Origin: Dehalococcoidia bacterium
GTDB lineage: Bacteria; Chloroflexota; Dehalococcoidia; Plut-88900
DNA length: 64,000 bases
Reading direction: 5' to 3'
Assembly: GCA_965249275.1 (NCBI GenBank)
Contig: CBDFLQ010000007.1
Span: 1-64,000, forward strand
A model generated the notes under the pieces. That model did no database searches, was not told the origin of the DNA, and saw only the letters and a list, made by a program, of their open reading frames with translations. How positions within the stretch are numbered: position 1 is the first letter of the stretch; each line of letters starts with the position of its first letter. Both the position numbers and the translations under genes were made by a program. Shown here in pieces: positions 48,447 to 58,870 of this stretch.

Positions 48447-49664
48447 ATGTCTCAGGTGCTTAAAGGGATAAAGGTCTTGGAACTGGGCAGCTTTGTGGCG
48501 GTGCCCGCGGCAGGGACGATTCTGTCCGACCTCGGGGCTGAGGTGGTGAAGGTCGAGCACCCTGTGACGGGAGACCCGGGCCGGGGGTTCGACGTGAACA
48601 CGAAGGGTGTGATCACTCATGAGGGAGGACTCAACGTCTCCTTCGAATTGTTGAACCGAGGCAAGAAGAGCATCGCCCTGGACCTGGCAAGCCCGGCTGG
48701 GCAGGAAGTCGTCCACCGGCTGGCCGCGCATTTCGACGTTGTTGTCACTAACCTGACGCCTCACCGGCAGGAGCGCTACCGCATGCGGTACGAAGACCTG
48801 TCGGCGGTCAACGAGAGACTGATTTACGTCGTGCTCACGGGTTACGGGATGGAGGGGCCGGAGCGGAATCGTTCGGGCTTCGACTATGCAGCTTTCTGGG
48901 CCCGGTCGGGGCTGATGGGTATGTTGGGGCAGCGGGGCGGGCCCCCTGTGCAGGAACGCCCTGCCATGGGCGACCTCACGACGGCTCTGGGTTTGACGAC
49001 CGCTGTCGGGATGGCCCTGTTTGAGCGTGAGAGGTCGGGCAAGGGGCAGCGGATCGACACCTCGCTTCTGCACACGGGGATGTGGGTCATGGGTACCGAC
49101 CTGATAGTGGCGCTCAAGGACCGGGTCCCGGTGCAGCGTAACCTCCGAACCGACGTTATAAACCCGATCTTCAACTTCTACGAGGCCAAGGACGGGAAGT
49201 GGATGCAGCTGGTGATGGTGCACGGAGACAAGTATTGGCCCAACTTTTGCCGCGCCCTGGAGATCGAGGAGCTCATTGATGATCCGAGGTTCGATTCATT
49301 GGACAAACGCTATGAGAACAACAACGAACTAATCAAAATTCTCGATGACAGGTTCGCTGAGAGGACTCGGGACGAGTGGGCCGAGCGGCTGGAGGCCGAG
49401 GGTTGTATGTGGGGCCCGGTGCAGAGCCTGGATGATGTGATAGCCGACCCCCAGGCCGAGGCCAACGGCTACTTCCTGGGCATGACCCATCCGTCAGAAG
49501 GCGATTTCACCCTGGTCTCGCCACCGCTGAAATTCACCCGTACCCCTGCCCAAATACCCGACGTGGCCCCCGAGTTCGGCCAGCACACCGAAGAGCAGCT
49601 CCTCTCCGTGGGCTACACCTGGGACGAGATATCCCGGCTCAGGGACGAAGGGGCAATAGTCTAA
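48447..49664 (+). CDS. Family III (CaiB/BaiF) CoA transferase
   Basis: LSDLGAEVVKVE, NRGKKS, GFDY, MGD, APEFGQHT. Confidence 0.9.
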   Translation: MSQVLKGIKVLELGSFVAVPAAGTILSDLGAEVVKVEHPVTGDPGRGFDVNTKGVITHEGGLNVSFELLNRGKKSIALDLASPAGQEVVHRLAAHFDVVVTNLTPHRQERYRMRYEDLSAVNERLIYVVLTGYGMEGPERNRSGFDYAAFWARSGLMGMLGQRGGPPVQERPAMGDLTTALGLTTAVGMALFERERSGKGQRIDTSLLHTGMWVMGTDLIVALKDRVPVQRNLRTDVINPIFNFYEAKDGKWMQLVMVHGDKYWPNFCRALEIEELIDDPRFDSLDKRYENNNELIKILDDRFAERTRDEWAERLEAEGCMWGPVQSLDDVIADPQAEANGYFLGMTHPSEGDFTLVSPPLKFTRTPAQIPDVAPEFGQHTEEQLLSVGYTWDEISRLRDEGAIV

Positions 49665-49668
49665 CCGC

Positions 49669-49711
49669 AAAAAGAAAGGGGAGGACGCCTGAGCGTCCTC
49701 CCCTTTTACTT
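49669..49711. terminator. Bidirectional intrinsic terminator
   Basis: AAAAAG-AAAGGGGAGGACGC-ctga-GCGTCCTCCCCTTT-TACTTT between convergent genes. Confidence 0.85.
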
Positions 49712-49760
49712 TCCTCTTGTGCTATAGGGCGGCTACTTCAGCCCCCAATAGTACGGTTTC

Positions 49761-52055
49761 TTAGGAACTGCCGTTCCCATCGTTCTTCTTCTGCAGGGCA
49801 TCCGTGATCGCCCCCGGGTTCATGGGTGTCGAATTGAATCGTATCCCTGTGGCCTTGTGGATTGCGTTGGCAATTACCGCAATCGGAGGAACGATGCTTG
49901 CCTCGCCGACTCCCCTGACTCCGAAAGGATGCCCAGGGTTGGGGCACTCCACAATGACCGTGTCGATCATCGGGAGGTCCAGGGAGGTGGGCATCCTGTA
50001 GTCCAGGAAGCTGCTGTTGGTGAAGTCTCCGTTGTCGTTGTAGAAGTACTCTTCGTTGAGGGTCCAGCCGATACCCTGGACTGCCCCGCCCTGCATCTGT
50101 CCTTCGACATAGCTGGGGTGTACAGCCTTTCCGGCGTCCTGGAATGCGGTGTATCGGAGCAGTTCAACCTTGCCCGTCTCGGGGTCCACTTCCACGTCGG
50201 CAATGGCCCCGGCATAGGAGCCGCCGATACCGGAGGGATTAACCGTGGCGCTGCCCACTACGGCTCCACCCACTTCCCGGGCTCGACCGGCCAGCTCTTT
50301 GAAGGTCAGCTTCAGTTCGGAGTCAGACGTAGAGCTGATGACGCCGTTTTCGTACTGTACGCTGCTCTCATCGGCTTCCCATATGCGGGCTGCCCGCGCG
50401 ATCATCTGCTTTTTCACGCTCTCGGCGGCCTCGCAGGCGGCCAGTCCGGTGGCGAAGGTGGTCCGACTGCCGTCCGATTGGGCGGTATAGCCTATGGAGT
50501 CTGTGTCCACTACGGCTGGGTTCACGTCTTCCGCCTGGATACCGAGGACCTCGGCGGCCTGCATGGCGATGGAGGCCCTGGTCCCACCGATGTCAGCGGA
50601 GCCTTCCAGGAGGTTTACGGTGCCATCGTCGTTGACGCTGATCGTGCAGGCCGAGGGCTCACCAATGTTGAACCAGAAGCCAAGTCCCACCCCGCGGCCC
50701 CGGTTGGGTCCTTCCAGGGGAGCCGAGTAATGGGGGTGGCTCTTTATGGCCTCCATGATTTCCATAGAACCGATTTGCGGGTTGATGGGACCGTCTATCC
50801 GACGGGTACCCTCTTTTGCGGCGTTGGCCAGGCGCAACTCGATGGGCTCCATGCCAAGCTTTTCGGCCAGCTGGTCCACAAGCTGCTCGCTGGCGAAAGT
50901 GGCGTTGGGCGCCCCCGGGGCCCGGTAGGCCGCCGACTTGGGCTTGTTTACCACAACGTCGTAACCTTCGGACATCTGGTTGGGGATGTCGTAAGCGGCG
51001 AAAATGCACATGGTGCCGCAGATAACCAGGGCGCCGGGGTAGGCGCCTGCATCGTAGGCCAGGTAGGACTCGCAGGCGACCATCTTTCCGTCTTTGGTTG
51101 CGCCGAGCCTGGCCTTTACATAAGAGGCGCAAGTCGGGCCGGTGGCTTCGAATACCTCTCGGCGAGACATCACTATCTTGACCGACTGGCCAGATTTCTT
51201 CGAAAGCAGGGCGGCTACCGGCTCTATGTAAATCTCCGTCTTTCCACCGAAACCGCCACCGATCTCCTGGGTCATTACTTTGACCTGGGATACGGGAATG
51301 CCAAGGATGTCTGCGGTGCGGTCTCTTACCAGGAATCCGCCCTGGGTGCTGCACCATACATGGACACGTCCGTCTTCGTTCCAGAGGGCAGTGCAGGGGT
51401 GGGGTTCGATGTAGCCCTGGTGGACGGTCTGGCACGAGAACTCGCCTTCGACAATGACGTCGGCTTCGGCGAAGCCCGTCTCTATGTCGCCCTGATCCAG
51501 CTTGTAGTAGCTGGCGATGTTCCCCGGTTTTTCCGCCTGTGTACCACCGATGTCAGCGTACATGTCCTCGTGGAGAAGAGGTGCGCCCTCTTTCATAGCC
51601 TCGCGGGCGCTGAACACAGCCGGCAGGACCTCGTAGTCGATTTCTATGAGCTCAACCGCCTCCTCGGCGACATGGGCGCTGGTGGCGGCCACGGCTGCTA
51701 TGGCGTGGCCCTGGTAGAAGACCTTGTCCCCGGCAAGGATGTTGTTCCTTCGCCACCGCAGGCCCCGGTCGTCTCCCGAATCGGGAAAGTCTTTTCCGGT
51801 CACGACGGCCTGCACCCCTTCCAGGGCTTCGGCTTTACTGGTATCGATAGACTTGATCCGGGCATGGGCGTGGGGGCTGCGCAGGATCTTCCCTTGCAAC
51901 GGCGAGGTCTTCGGGAAGTCGGCGCCGTAATTGGCCCTTCCAGTCACCTTGTCGGCCCCGTCGTGTCGAATAGGCCTTGAGCCTATCACGTCGAATTGCG
52001 TGTTCGACAATACGACGTTAGGTTCATAGTCCTGCTGCGGTTTCGTTGTGGTCAT
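49761..52055 (-). CDS. Xanthine dehydrogenase family molybdopterin-binding subunit
   Basis: KVTGRA.Y, RSPHAHARI, GGGFGGK, YRAPG, EGQMQGG, RGVGE. Confidence 0.92.
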   Translation of the reverse strand: MTTTKPQQDYEPNVVLSNTQFDVIGSRPIRHDGADKVTGRANYGADFPKTSPLQGKILRSPHAHARIKSIDTSKAEALEGVQAVVTGKDFPDSGDDRGLRWRRNNILAGDKVFYQGHAIAAVAATSAHVAEEAVELIEIDYEVLPAVFSAREAMKEGAPLLHEDMYADIGGTQAEKPGNIASYYKLDQGDIETGFAEADVIVEGEFSCQTVHQGYIEPHPCTALWNEDGRVHVWCSTQGGFLVRDRTADILGIPVSQVKVMTQEIGGGFGGKTEIYIEPVAALLSKKSGQSVKIVMSRREVFEATGPTCASYVKARLGATKDGKMVACESYLAYDAGAYPGALVICGTMCIFAAYDIPNQMSEGYDVVVNKPKSAAYRAPGAPNATFASEQLVDQLAEKLGMEPIELRLANAAKEGTRRIDGPINPQIGSMEIMEAIKSHPHYSAPLEGPNRGRGVGLGFWFNIGEPSACTISVNDDGTVNLLEGSADIGGTRASIAMQAAEVLGIQAEDVNPAVVDTDSIGYTAQSDGSRTTFATGLAACEAAESVKKQMIARAARIWEADESSVQYENGVISSTSDSELKLTFKELAGRAREVGGAVVGSATVNPSGIGGSYAGAIADVEVDPETGKVELLRYTAFQDAGKAVHPSYVEGQMQGGAVQGIGWTLNEEYFYNDNGDFTNSSFLDYRMPTSLDLPMIDTVIVECPNPGHPFGVRGVGEASIVPPIAVIANAIHKATGIRFNSTPMNPGAITDALQKKNDGNGSS

Positions 52056-52081
52056 AGGTCCAACTCCTTATCAGTGTGGGA

Positions 52082-53770
52082 TCAGGATACCATGTCACAA
52101 CTGCGGAGGAGCTTACCCGGAAGGGCGCCCGTGCAGTCGTTTCCTTCGAATGTAACTGCGCCGTTCACTAATGTGTAACGCAGACCCGTCGGTTTCTGGA
52201 TGATGCGGCGTTCGCCGCCTGGGAAGTCGTGAGCGTAAATCATCTTGTCGTGCTGGAACCCGAGTTCGTCCAGATTATAGACCATCACGTCAGCCCAGTC
52301 CCCGACCCTGAGGGTGCCCCTGTCCTTGAAGTCGGCAAACCAGCCGGGAAGAGCGCTCATCTTGTAGTGGCCCTGCTCCAGGCTCATGATCTGTCTGTCC
52401 CTGATCCAGTAGGTCAGGAACTCTACAGGCCATGTGCTCGTGGTGAGGTATCGGGTGTGGGCGCCGCCGTCGGACACAGAGACGTGACCGTAGGGGCTCA
52501 GGATGTTCTCGTCGAGAGGCCGGGGGTCGACGGGGTGAGCGAAGACGGTTTCAAGACCTTCGTCCAGGGCGAGGTCCAGGAAGGCGTCGACCGGGTGCTT
52601 GCCCTGGGCGGCGGCAATCTCGGCTATGGTGCTGCCGTCGTACTTGTAGTTACGCTCGTGCATGGTCTCCAAGACGGTGACCCGGGACCAGTCTGTGCGA
52701 AGGAGCTGCCGGGCGTCGGCGTCCCTCTTCATTTCGTCACGAATGTCGGGGTCCTTCAGCTTTAGGGTGCGCTCCTCTATGGAGCCGACAAGCGGGTTGA
52801 CCCAGCCGGGCAGCGAGTCGAAGAGGTTGTACTCGGAGAGCTGGAACTCGGCGTTGACTTCCATCACCAGTTCCTGGGTGAAGAGGGGAAGGCCCTCAGC
52901 CCGCATCTGGGCGACCCACTCATCCCGAGCAGACTCCTGCTCGAGGAGGACGTGGAGGGGTCTGCCACTGGTCCGCATCATCTGGGCCAGTAGTTCACGC
53001 TGTTTGGCCGGGCTCTTTTCGGGGGGAAGGCCGCCGGACTGGGCTATGGTCCAGCCGATGTGGCCCACACCGAACTCGCTGAGCACCTCGGACAGGCCGA
53101 GGTATTCCTCGTTGGAGGCTACGTGGCTGGGGAGCCAGGAGCCGTCCTCCGGGCGGTCGCCGGTGTTCATGTCGGCGGAAAAGCCGAAGGCGCCGGCCTG
53201 CATGGCTTCGTAGAAGATACGCTTCATCTCGTTCAGTTCGACGTCGGTGACGGAGGTCCGCTCCCTGGAGGCCATCATACCGATGACGTAGGCCCTCAGC
53301 GGCGAGAAGGGAAATACGGAGCCGACGTTAACGCCGAGCCCCTGGTTGTCCAGGCTGTCCAGGTACTCGGGAAAAGTCTCCCAATCCCAGCGCATCCCGA
53401 GCCGCATGGATTCGAGGGGAATAGCCTCGATGCGATTCATCATGCGCATGTTGAGTTCCCGGTCCTCGGGGCGGGTGGGTGCGAACCCGAAGCCGCACTG
53501 CCCGATGGTCAGGGAAGTGACCCCGAACCAGCCGGAAAGAGTGGCGTAGGGGTCCCAGTTAAGTTGGGCGTCGTAGTGGGTGTGGAGGTCGATGGCCCCT
53601 GGAGCGACGATACACCCCGAAGCGTCGATCTCCTTGGCAGCGCCTGCAGGGATACGCCCGCTTATGCGGGCCACGCGCCCTTCCTTGATGGCAAGGTCTC
53701 CCCGGTACCGTGGGATGCCCGTCCCGTCCACGATGGTCCCGCCCCTGATGACAACGTCGAACTCTTTCAT
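52082..53770 (-). CDS. N-acyl-D-amino-acid deacylase family amidohydrolase
   Basis: GGTIVDGTG, PGAIDLHTHYD, GQCGFGFAP, SDGGAH. Confidence 0.85.
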   Translation of the reverse strand: MKEFDVVIRGGTIVDGTGIPRYRGDLAIKEGRVARISGRIPAGAAKEIDASGCIVAPGAIDLHTHYDAQLNWDPYATLSGWFGVTSLTIGQCGFGFAPTRPEDRELNMRMMNRIEAIPLESMRLGMRWDWETFPEYLDSLDNQGLGVNVGSVFPFSPLRAYVIGMMASRERTSVTDVELNEMKRIFYEAMQAGAFGFSADMNTGDRPEDGSWLPSHVASNEEYLGLSEVLSEFGVGHIGWTIAQSGGLPPEKSPAKQRELLAQMMRTSGRPLHVLLEQESARDEWVAQMRAEGLPLFTQELVMEVNAEFQLSEYNLFDSLPGWVNPLVGSIEERTLKLKDPDIRDEMKRDADARQLLRTDWSRVTVLETMHERNYKYDGSTIAEIAAAQGKHPVDAFLDLALDEGLETVFAHPVDPRPLDENILSPYGHVSVSDGGAHTRYLTTSTWPVEFLTYWIRDRQIMSLEQGHYKMSALPGWFADFKDRGTLRVGDWADVMVYNLDELGFQHDKMIYAHDFPGGERRIIQKPTGLRYTLVNGAVTFEGNDCTGALPGKLLRSCDMVS

Positions 53771-53966
53771 ATCCAATCCTCCGCTACATACACTACGGCC
53801 AAGCTGGGGACTTGTCGGTATTATACAGAGGAGTTGAGTGGGGGGATAGAGTGAATTACAGTCTTGGCCGAGAGGCCTAAACTAGAGGGATTTTCAGAAG
53901 ACTTGAAACGAAAACGGGCTGGGCGTAGATTATGAGACATACTGACAGTTCCTGGGAGATAACAAA

Positions 53967-55775
53967 GTGACAGTCCAACGCTACTCGGTAAACCAGCAGT
54001 CTATCCAGACTTTTTTAACTTGGGTTGAGGCCAACCAAATCGCAATCCCTGAGATTCAGCGTCCCTTCGTATGGAGTGCAACTAAAGTCCGCGATTTCAT
54101 TGATTCGCTTTATCGAGGATATCCAGTGGGATATCTCATCGCTTGGCAAAACCCTAACGTCAGGCTGAAGGACGGTTCACAATCGGCGGGTAAGCGCATT
54201 TTGATTGACGGCCAGCAGCGTATTACGGCCCTCGTCGCGGCTTTGAAGGGAAAGCCCGTGCTGGACAAGAACTTCAGGGAAAAGCGCATCACAATAGCCT
54301 TTCACCCCAATGAGGAACGATTCGAAGTCACTAATCCCGCCATCCAAAGGGACAAGGGATGGATACCTGACATCACTAGCGTCTTTGCTCCAGGAGCGAA
54401 GATGCGAGGGATAGTTGACAAGTACTGCGCAGACAATCAGGGCGAGGACAATAGCGGGCCTGACATAAGCGTAATCGATGATCGCTTGGAACGTTTAAAG
54501 GGCATCCTAAACAACCTCCTCGGCATCATAGACCTCAATGCTGAACTCGATGTGGAGACGGTTGCTGAGATTTTCGTACGTGTCAATTCGGAGGGCGTGC
54601 CGCTTAATGAAGCTGACTTCGCCATGTCTAAAATGGCTGCGAACGAGCAATACGATGGCCATCAGTTGCGAAAGTGCATCGACTATTTCTGCCACCTGGC
54701 AGTAGCACCCGAGGCATACAGCGAACTCTCCCAGGACGTTGATTTTGCGGCAACGGACTATTTCAGGCGAATGGAATGGTTGAAGAACGAGAAAGAGGAT
54801 CTGTATGACCCTACATACACCGATATGCTGCGGGTCGCGTTTACGACGAAATTCAAGCGTGGACGACTAAATGACCTTGTAGCCCTCCTTTCGGGCAGAA
54901 ATTTTGAAACACGCAGTTACGAAGAGAGTATTGCCGAAGAATCGTTCAGCAGTTTAAAAGACGGCTTGTTGAGTTTCATGAACGAGACCAATTTCAAGCG
55001 GTTCCTCATGATCTTGCGCTCAGCTGGATTTATGGATTCATCGCAAATAAGGTCACAGAACACCGTCAACTTTGCCTACATACTCTATCTAACGTTGCGT
55101 GAGAAGGGAGTCACCTAGGTTCTCATCGAGAAACTGGTCCGTCGGTGGTTTGTAATGTCAATGCTGACGGGGAGATATACCAGTCAGCTGGAAGGCAACT
55201 TTGGCCTCGACATCGCAAACATTGATACACAAGGAGCCGAGCAGAGTCTGAACGTTATCGAGTGGGCGGAGCTTAGCGAGTCGTTTTGGGAATTCGGTCT
55301 GCCACAGCGAATGATCACTTCGGCTGCAAGCAGCCGTTACTTCAATGTTTTTCTGGCAAGTCAAATCCACAGCAATGATAAAGGATTTCTTTCAAAAGAT
55401 ATAACTATTCCTACCCTGATAGATGGTCTGTCCGACGTTCATCATGTTTTCCCGCGCAACTATTTGAAGAAATTCGAGTTCAAGGCTTCTCGCTACAATC
55501 AAATTGCCAATTACGTGGTGATGCAGAGCGAAATAAACATAGCAATTAGCGATGATCCTCCAGCAACTTACTTCTCTGCGCTGTGGGATCAATGCAACGG
55601 CGGCGAGGCGCGCTACGGCGCTATAACCGACGCCAATGAACTACAGGAAAACCTTGCCGCTCACTGTATCCCCGACGGTATGGAACAAAGCAGCGCTGAT
55701 TGCTATGATACGTTCCTGGAAAAACGCCGTGCTCTCATGGCTCTAAAAATTAGGGACTACTACAGAAGACTGTAG
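53967..55775 (+). pseudogene. DUF262 (GmrSD-like) protein interrupted by one in-frame TAG at 55116-55118
   Basis: [21 protein letters not shown] in the first ORF; the same frame continues VLIEKLVRRWFVMSMLTGRY...DVHHVFP..YNQIANY (HNH-like). Confidence 0.8.
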
Positions 55776-55797
55776 TTAATCCTCTCCTAGCCCGAGG

Positions 55798-56970
55798 CTA
55801 CGCCCCCTTCACGTTGACGAACTGACTGAAGCGATGGATTACCGACACCAGCTCGGCTGATTGCTCCATTACTAGGTCGATGTCCTTGTAGGCGCCGGGA
55901 AGCTCATCCAGGAATGCCTCCGAACGCTTCACTTCGATTCCCTCCATCAGCCGGTCAAAGTCATCCATACTGAATAACTCTCGGGCCCGCCTCCGGCTGA
56001 ACCGGCGCCCCGCTCCGTGTGGAGACGTGGACATCGCCGGAACACAGCCCTTGCCCTTCACAACGTACGACGCCGTTCCCATCGACCCGGGTATCAGGCC
56101 CATCTGCCCCTCCTTCGCCATGATGGCGCCCTTCCGGCTAACCCACAGGTCTCGCCCAAAGTGCTGCTCTTTCTGGGTGAAGTTGTGATGGCACTGAATC
56201 GTATCGACGACCTGCATCTGCGGAATCCGGTGAGTCAACAGCCCGATGAGCCGGTCCATCATTTCTTGCCGGTTGAGCAATGCAAAATGCTGTGCCCACA
56301 TCAAGTCCTGATGGTACGCGTCGAACTGCGGCGTCCCTTCCGTCAGATAGGCCAGATCGGGGTCTTCAAGCTCAATGTGGGATCGCTCCATCAGGTTGCG
56401 CGCCACTCGGATGTGGAACATCGCCAACTTGTTGCCGATCCCCCGAGACCCGCTATGCAGGAACAGCCACACGCTTTCGTGCTCGTCCGTGACCAGCTCG
56501 ATGAAGTGGTTGCCCGAGCCGAGAGACCCTAGCTGGAGACGCCATTTGGGCGTTATCTTTGCGTAATCATCCAGGCGGTCACCGGCCAGATTTTCCAGTT
56601 CCGCTACCTTCGAGACGGCCGTCCGTTTGATGGACCGATTGTACTTCCCGGCGCTCAACGGAATCTGATGTTCGATTGCCTCACGGATTTCGACCAGGTC
56701 GTCAGGTATGTCGTCGCGAACCAGCGACGTCTTGACGGCAATCATCCCGCATCCGATGTCTACGCCTATCGCCGCCGGAATCAGCGCCCGTTCGGTCGGG
56801 ATGCAGCTTCCAACCGCCGCGCCCTTACCCAGATGGCAGTCGGGCATCACGGCAACATGCGGCTGAACGAACGTCAGTCTGCTGATGCGCTTCACCTGCT
56901 CGACGACATCGGGCTCCAGCTGGGCTTCCGGCACCCAACTCAATACTTTGTCCGCTATCTTTTCCGGCAC
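55798..56970 (-). CDS. rtcB: RtcB family RNA ligase
   Basis: MPDCH.GKG, GVDIGCG, GSLGSGNHF.E, HSGSRG, HHN, PGSMG, HGAGR, DE.P.AYK. Confidence 0.93.
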   Translation of the reverse strand: MPEKIADKVLSWVPEAQLEPDVVEQVKRISRLTFVQPHVAVMPDCHLGKGAAVGSCIPTERALIPAAIGVDIGCGMIAVKTSLVRDDIPDDLVEIREAIEHQIPLSAGKYNRSIKRTAVSKVAELENLAGDRLDDYAKITPKWRLQLGSLGSGNHFIELVTDEHESVWLFLHSGSRGIGNKLAMFHIRVARNLMERSHIELEDPDLAYLTEGTPQFDAYHQDLMWAQHFALLNRQEMMDRLIGLLTHRIPQMQVVDTIQCHHNFTQKEQHFGRDLWVSRKGAIMAKEGQMGLIPGSMGTASYVVKGKGCVPAMSTSPHGAGRRFSRRRARELFSMDDFDRLMEGIEVKRSEAFLDELPGAYKDIDLVMEQSAELVSVIHRFSQFVNVKGA

Positions 56971-56999
56971 CTATTCCTCTTCATGGGTGGCATAAACCT

Positions 57000-57737
57000 C
57001 TAAGGCAAGGCCGCGGGACCCGACAATAGTCCCCCGAAACCTTCAATGGGATTGGTTAGTCCGAGCTTGCCGAATATGGCCCAGATGTTGGCCTGGTTAG
57101 ACGTGACTGCAGATTTGCCCGTCTTCCGCTCCAGCCGGTCGACCATCTCCAGGGCTCGCCACGCGGTACAGGAGCAAAAGATGCCGTCGGCCCTGGGGTT
57201 GAGGGACTGGGCGGCGAACTCCAGGATGTCTTCGGGGTCCCGGTCGTTGATCATCCGGTCGGGGCCTTCCCGTGTCCAGTTGTCGGCTTCCAGGTTCAAC
57301 ACCTCGAACCCCGACTTCTCCATGTAGTCCCATAGCCTGTCGTTGTTCCATTTCGGGTACGGCGTGGCGATGGACAACTTCCGAATGCCCAGCGAACGAA
57401 GGGCCATGGCCACCGAGTGTGTGGTCACAGCCGCCGGCAGCCCCGACTCCCCCTCGATCATGCGAATCAACTCTTCATCCCAGCCCGGGCCTTTGTAGAA
57501 GCTGGACGTTGTGCCTCCGTAGGCAATGGCATCCATACCGGCGGTACAGAGATATCGGACGGCATTTAGGACTTCCGAGTTCATGCGGTCCATCTGGTCC
57601 TGCCCGAGATCATTTTCCGGAAGCCACATGCGGTGACTGTGGAGCGTGACGTTGGATGGTACAGCCATGTAAAAGTCCGGCTCGTATGTCGCGTCGGATG
57701 ACGGGACAATCAGGCCTATTCTAATTCGTCGCGCCAT
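57000..57737 (-). CDS. Maleate cis-trans isomerase / Asp-Glu racemase family (EutA-like)
   Basis: IGLIVPSSD, ATPY, SCT, VTSNQA. Confidence 0.85.
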   Translation of the reverse strand: MARRIRIGLIVPSSDATYEPDFYMAVPSNVTLHSHRMWLPENDLGQDQMDRMNSEVLNAVRYLCTAGMDAIAYGGTTSSFYKGPGWDEELIRMIEGESGLPAAVTTHSVAMALRSLGIRKLSIATPYPKWNNDRLWDYMEKSGFEVLNLEADNWTREGPDRMINDRDPEDILEFAAQSLNPRADGIFCSCTAWRALEMVDRLERKTGKSAVTSNQANIWAIFGKLGLTNPIEGFGGLLSGPAALP

Positions 57738-57775
57738 GACAACCTCCACTCGAGACAGTCCCTCGAATCCTGGAT

Positions 57776-58807
57776 TTACACCCCCGACGGCAGCCTATAC
57801 ACCTTTGCTGCTGTGTCGTAGAACATGGCTTGCCTCTCCGTCGGAGAGTAGTCCTTCGATAGCCGTTTGAAAGCGTTGAAGACAACGTTGTAAGAAAATG
57901 ACCATTTGTCCACGGGGAAGTTACTTTCGAACATGCAGCGCTCGGGTCCAAACTTCTCGATGCAGTAGTGCATGAACGGGGCCATCTCCTTGGCAGCCTC
58001 CTCGGACCCGACCGGTTTGTCGCGGGTGTGCCAGTCGAAACCGTTGTTGATCATACCCATCCCCCCAAGTTTCATGTAGACGTTCGGACACTCGGCCACG
58101 GCGGCGATGTCACGCTTCCACGTCGAAACTACCTCTTCGGACCGGGCAGCATATGGCCCAATTCGCATGAGTCCTCCTATATGGTCCGAAATTATCGTTA
58201 GGTCCGGTACGGCCCGAGCCAGTGAGGCGAGTTCCGGCAGCTGGGTTGAATACATCCAGGACTCCATGGTTAGCCCGCGACTGGCCAGCACCCGGGCCCC
58301 GGCCCTATAGCTGTCGCTCATCATCTGATGGGGAATCTTATAGAGCGCGGAGTTGGGTACGCTGGGATCGTCGTCCCACGTCACTGAGTGCCGGATACCC
58401 CGAAATCGATTTGGACTGGCCGCTTCCAGCCTGTCCAGCACCCTTCCTACGTCTTCTCCGAGGTTTAGGTTGGCATGCCCGACTATTCCGTCGGCCACGC
58501 GGCAAGGGCCGTATAGCCCGCTCGCGCTAGCCGCTGCGAGACCCTGGGCAAACTCAATCTCTCCGACGGGCCGCATCTCTTCCGGTGCGTTGGCCCGGTA
58601 CATGGCCCGGGCCTCGACGAAGACTGTTGCCACTATGTTGTGCCCAGAGCTTATATCGTCCAATAGCTCGGGGAGTAGATAGCGCTGGTAGGGCATCCTT
58701 TCTATCTTGTAGTCCCAGAAGTGATGGTGGGGGTCGATGATTGGGAGGTCGGGTTCCAGGGTCGGTTCCGGGGTAAGGGCGAGCCAGTCGTTGCTTCCGA
58801 AGGGCAT
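57776..58807 (-). CDS. Amidohydrolase_2 family protein (lactonase-like)
   Basis: IIDPHHHFWD, FRGIRH, DHIG, MFESNFPVD. Confidence 0.87.
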   Translation of the reverse strand: MPFGSNDWLALTPEPTLEPDLPIIDPHHHFWDYKIERMPYQRYLLPELLDDISSGHNIVATVFVEARAMYRANAPEEMRPVGEIEFAQGLAAASASGLYGPCRVADGIVGHANLNLGEDVGRVLDRLEAASPNRFRGIRHSVTWDDDPSVPNSALYKIPHQMMSDSYRAGARVLASRGLTMESWMYSTQLPELASLARAVPDLTIISDHIGGLMRIGPYAARSEEVVSTWKRDIAAVAECPNVYMKLGGMGMINNGFDWHTRDKPVGSEEAAKEMAPFMHYCIEKFGPERCMFESNFPVDKWSFSYNVVFNAFKRLSKDYSPTERQAMFYDTAAKVYRLPSGV

Positions 58808-58870
58808 GGGTTATCCTCCGAGGTGGGGTGCGGTCGGGACTCATGATACCAGACCTGACGAAGGTCTCGG

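Noticed and set aside
49857-51980. 707-aa plus-strand ORF and the many other long antisense ORFs
   Set aside because: Shadow frames opposite well-supported genes in high-GC coding sequence.
55116-55118. Pyrrolysine or selenocysteine recoding of the in-frame stops
   Set aside because: No pyl/sel genes or recoding signals visible in the window, and TAG/TGA act as normal stops throughout.
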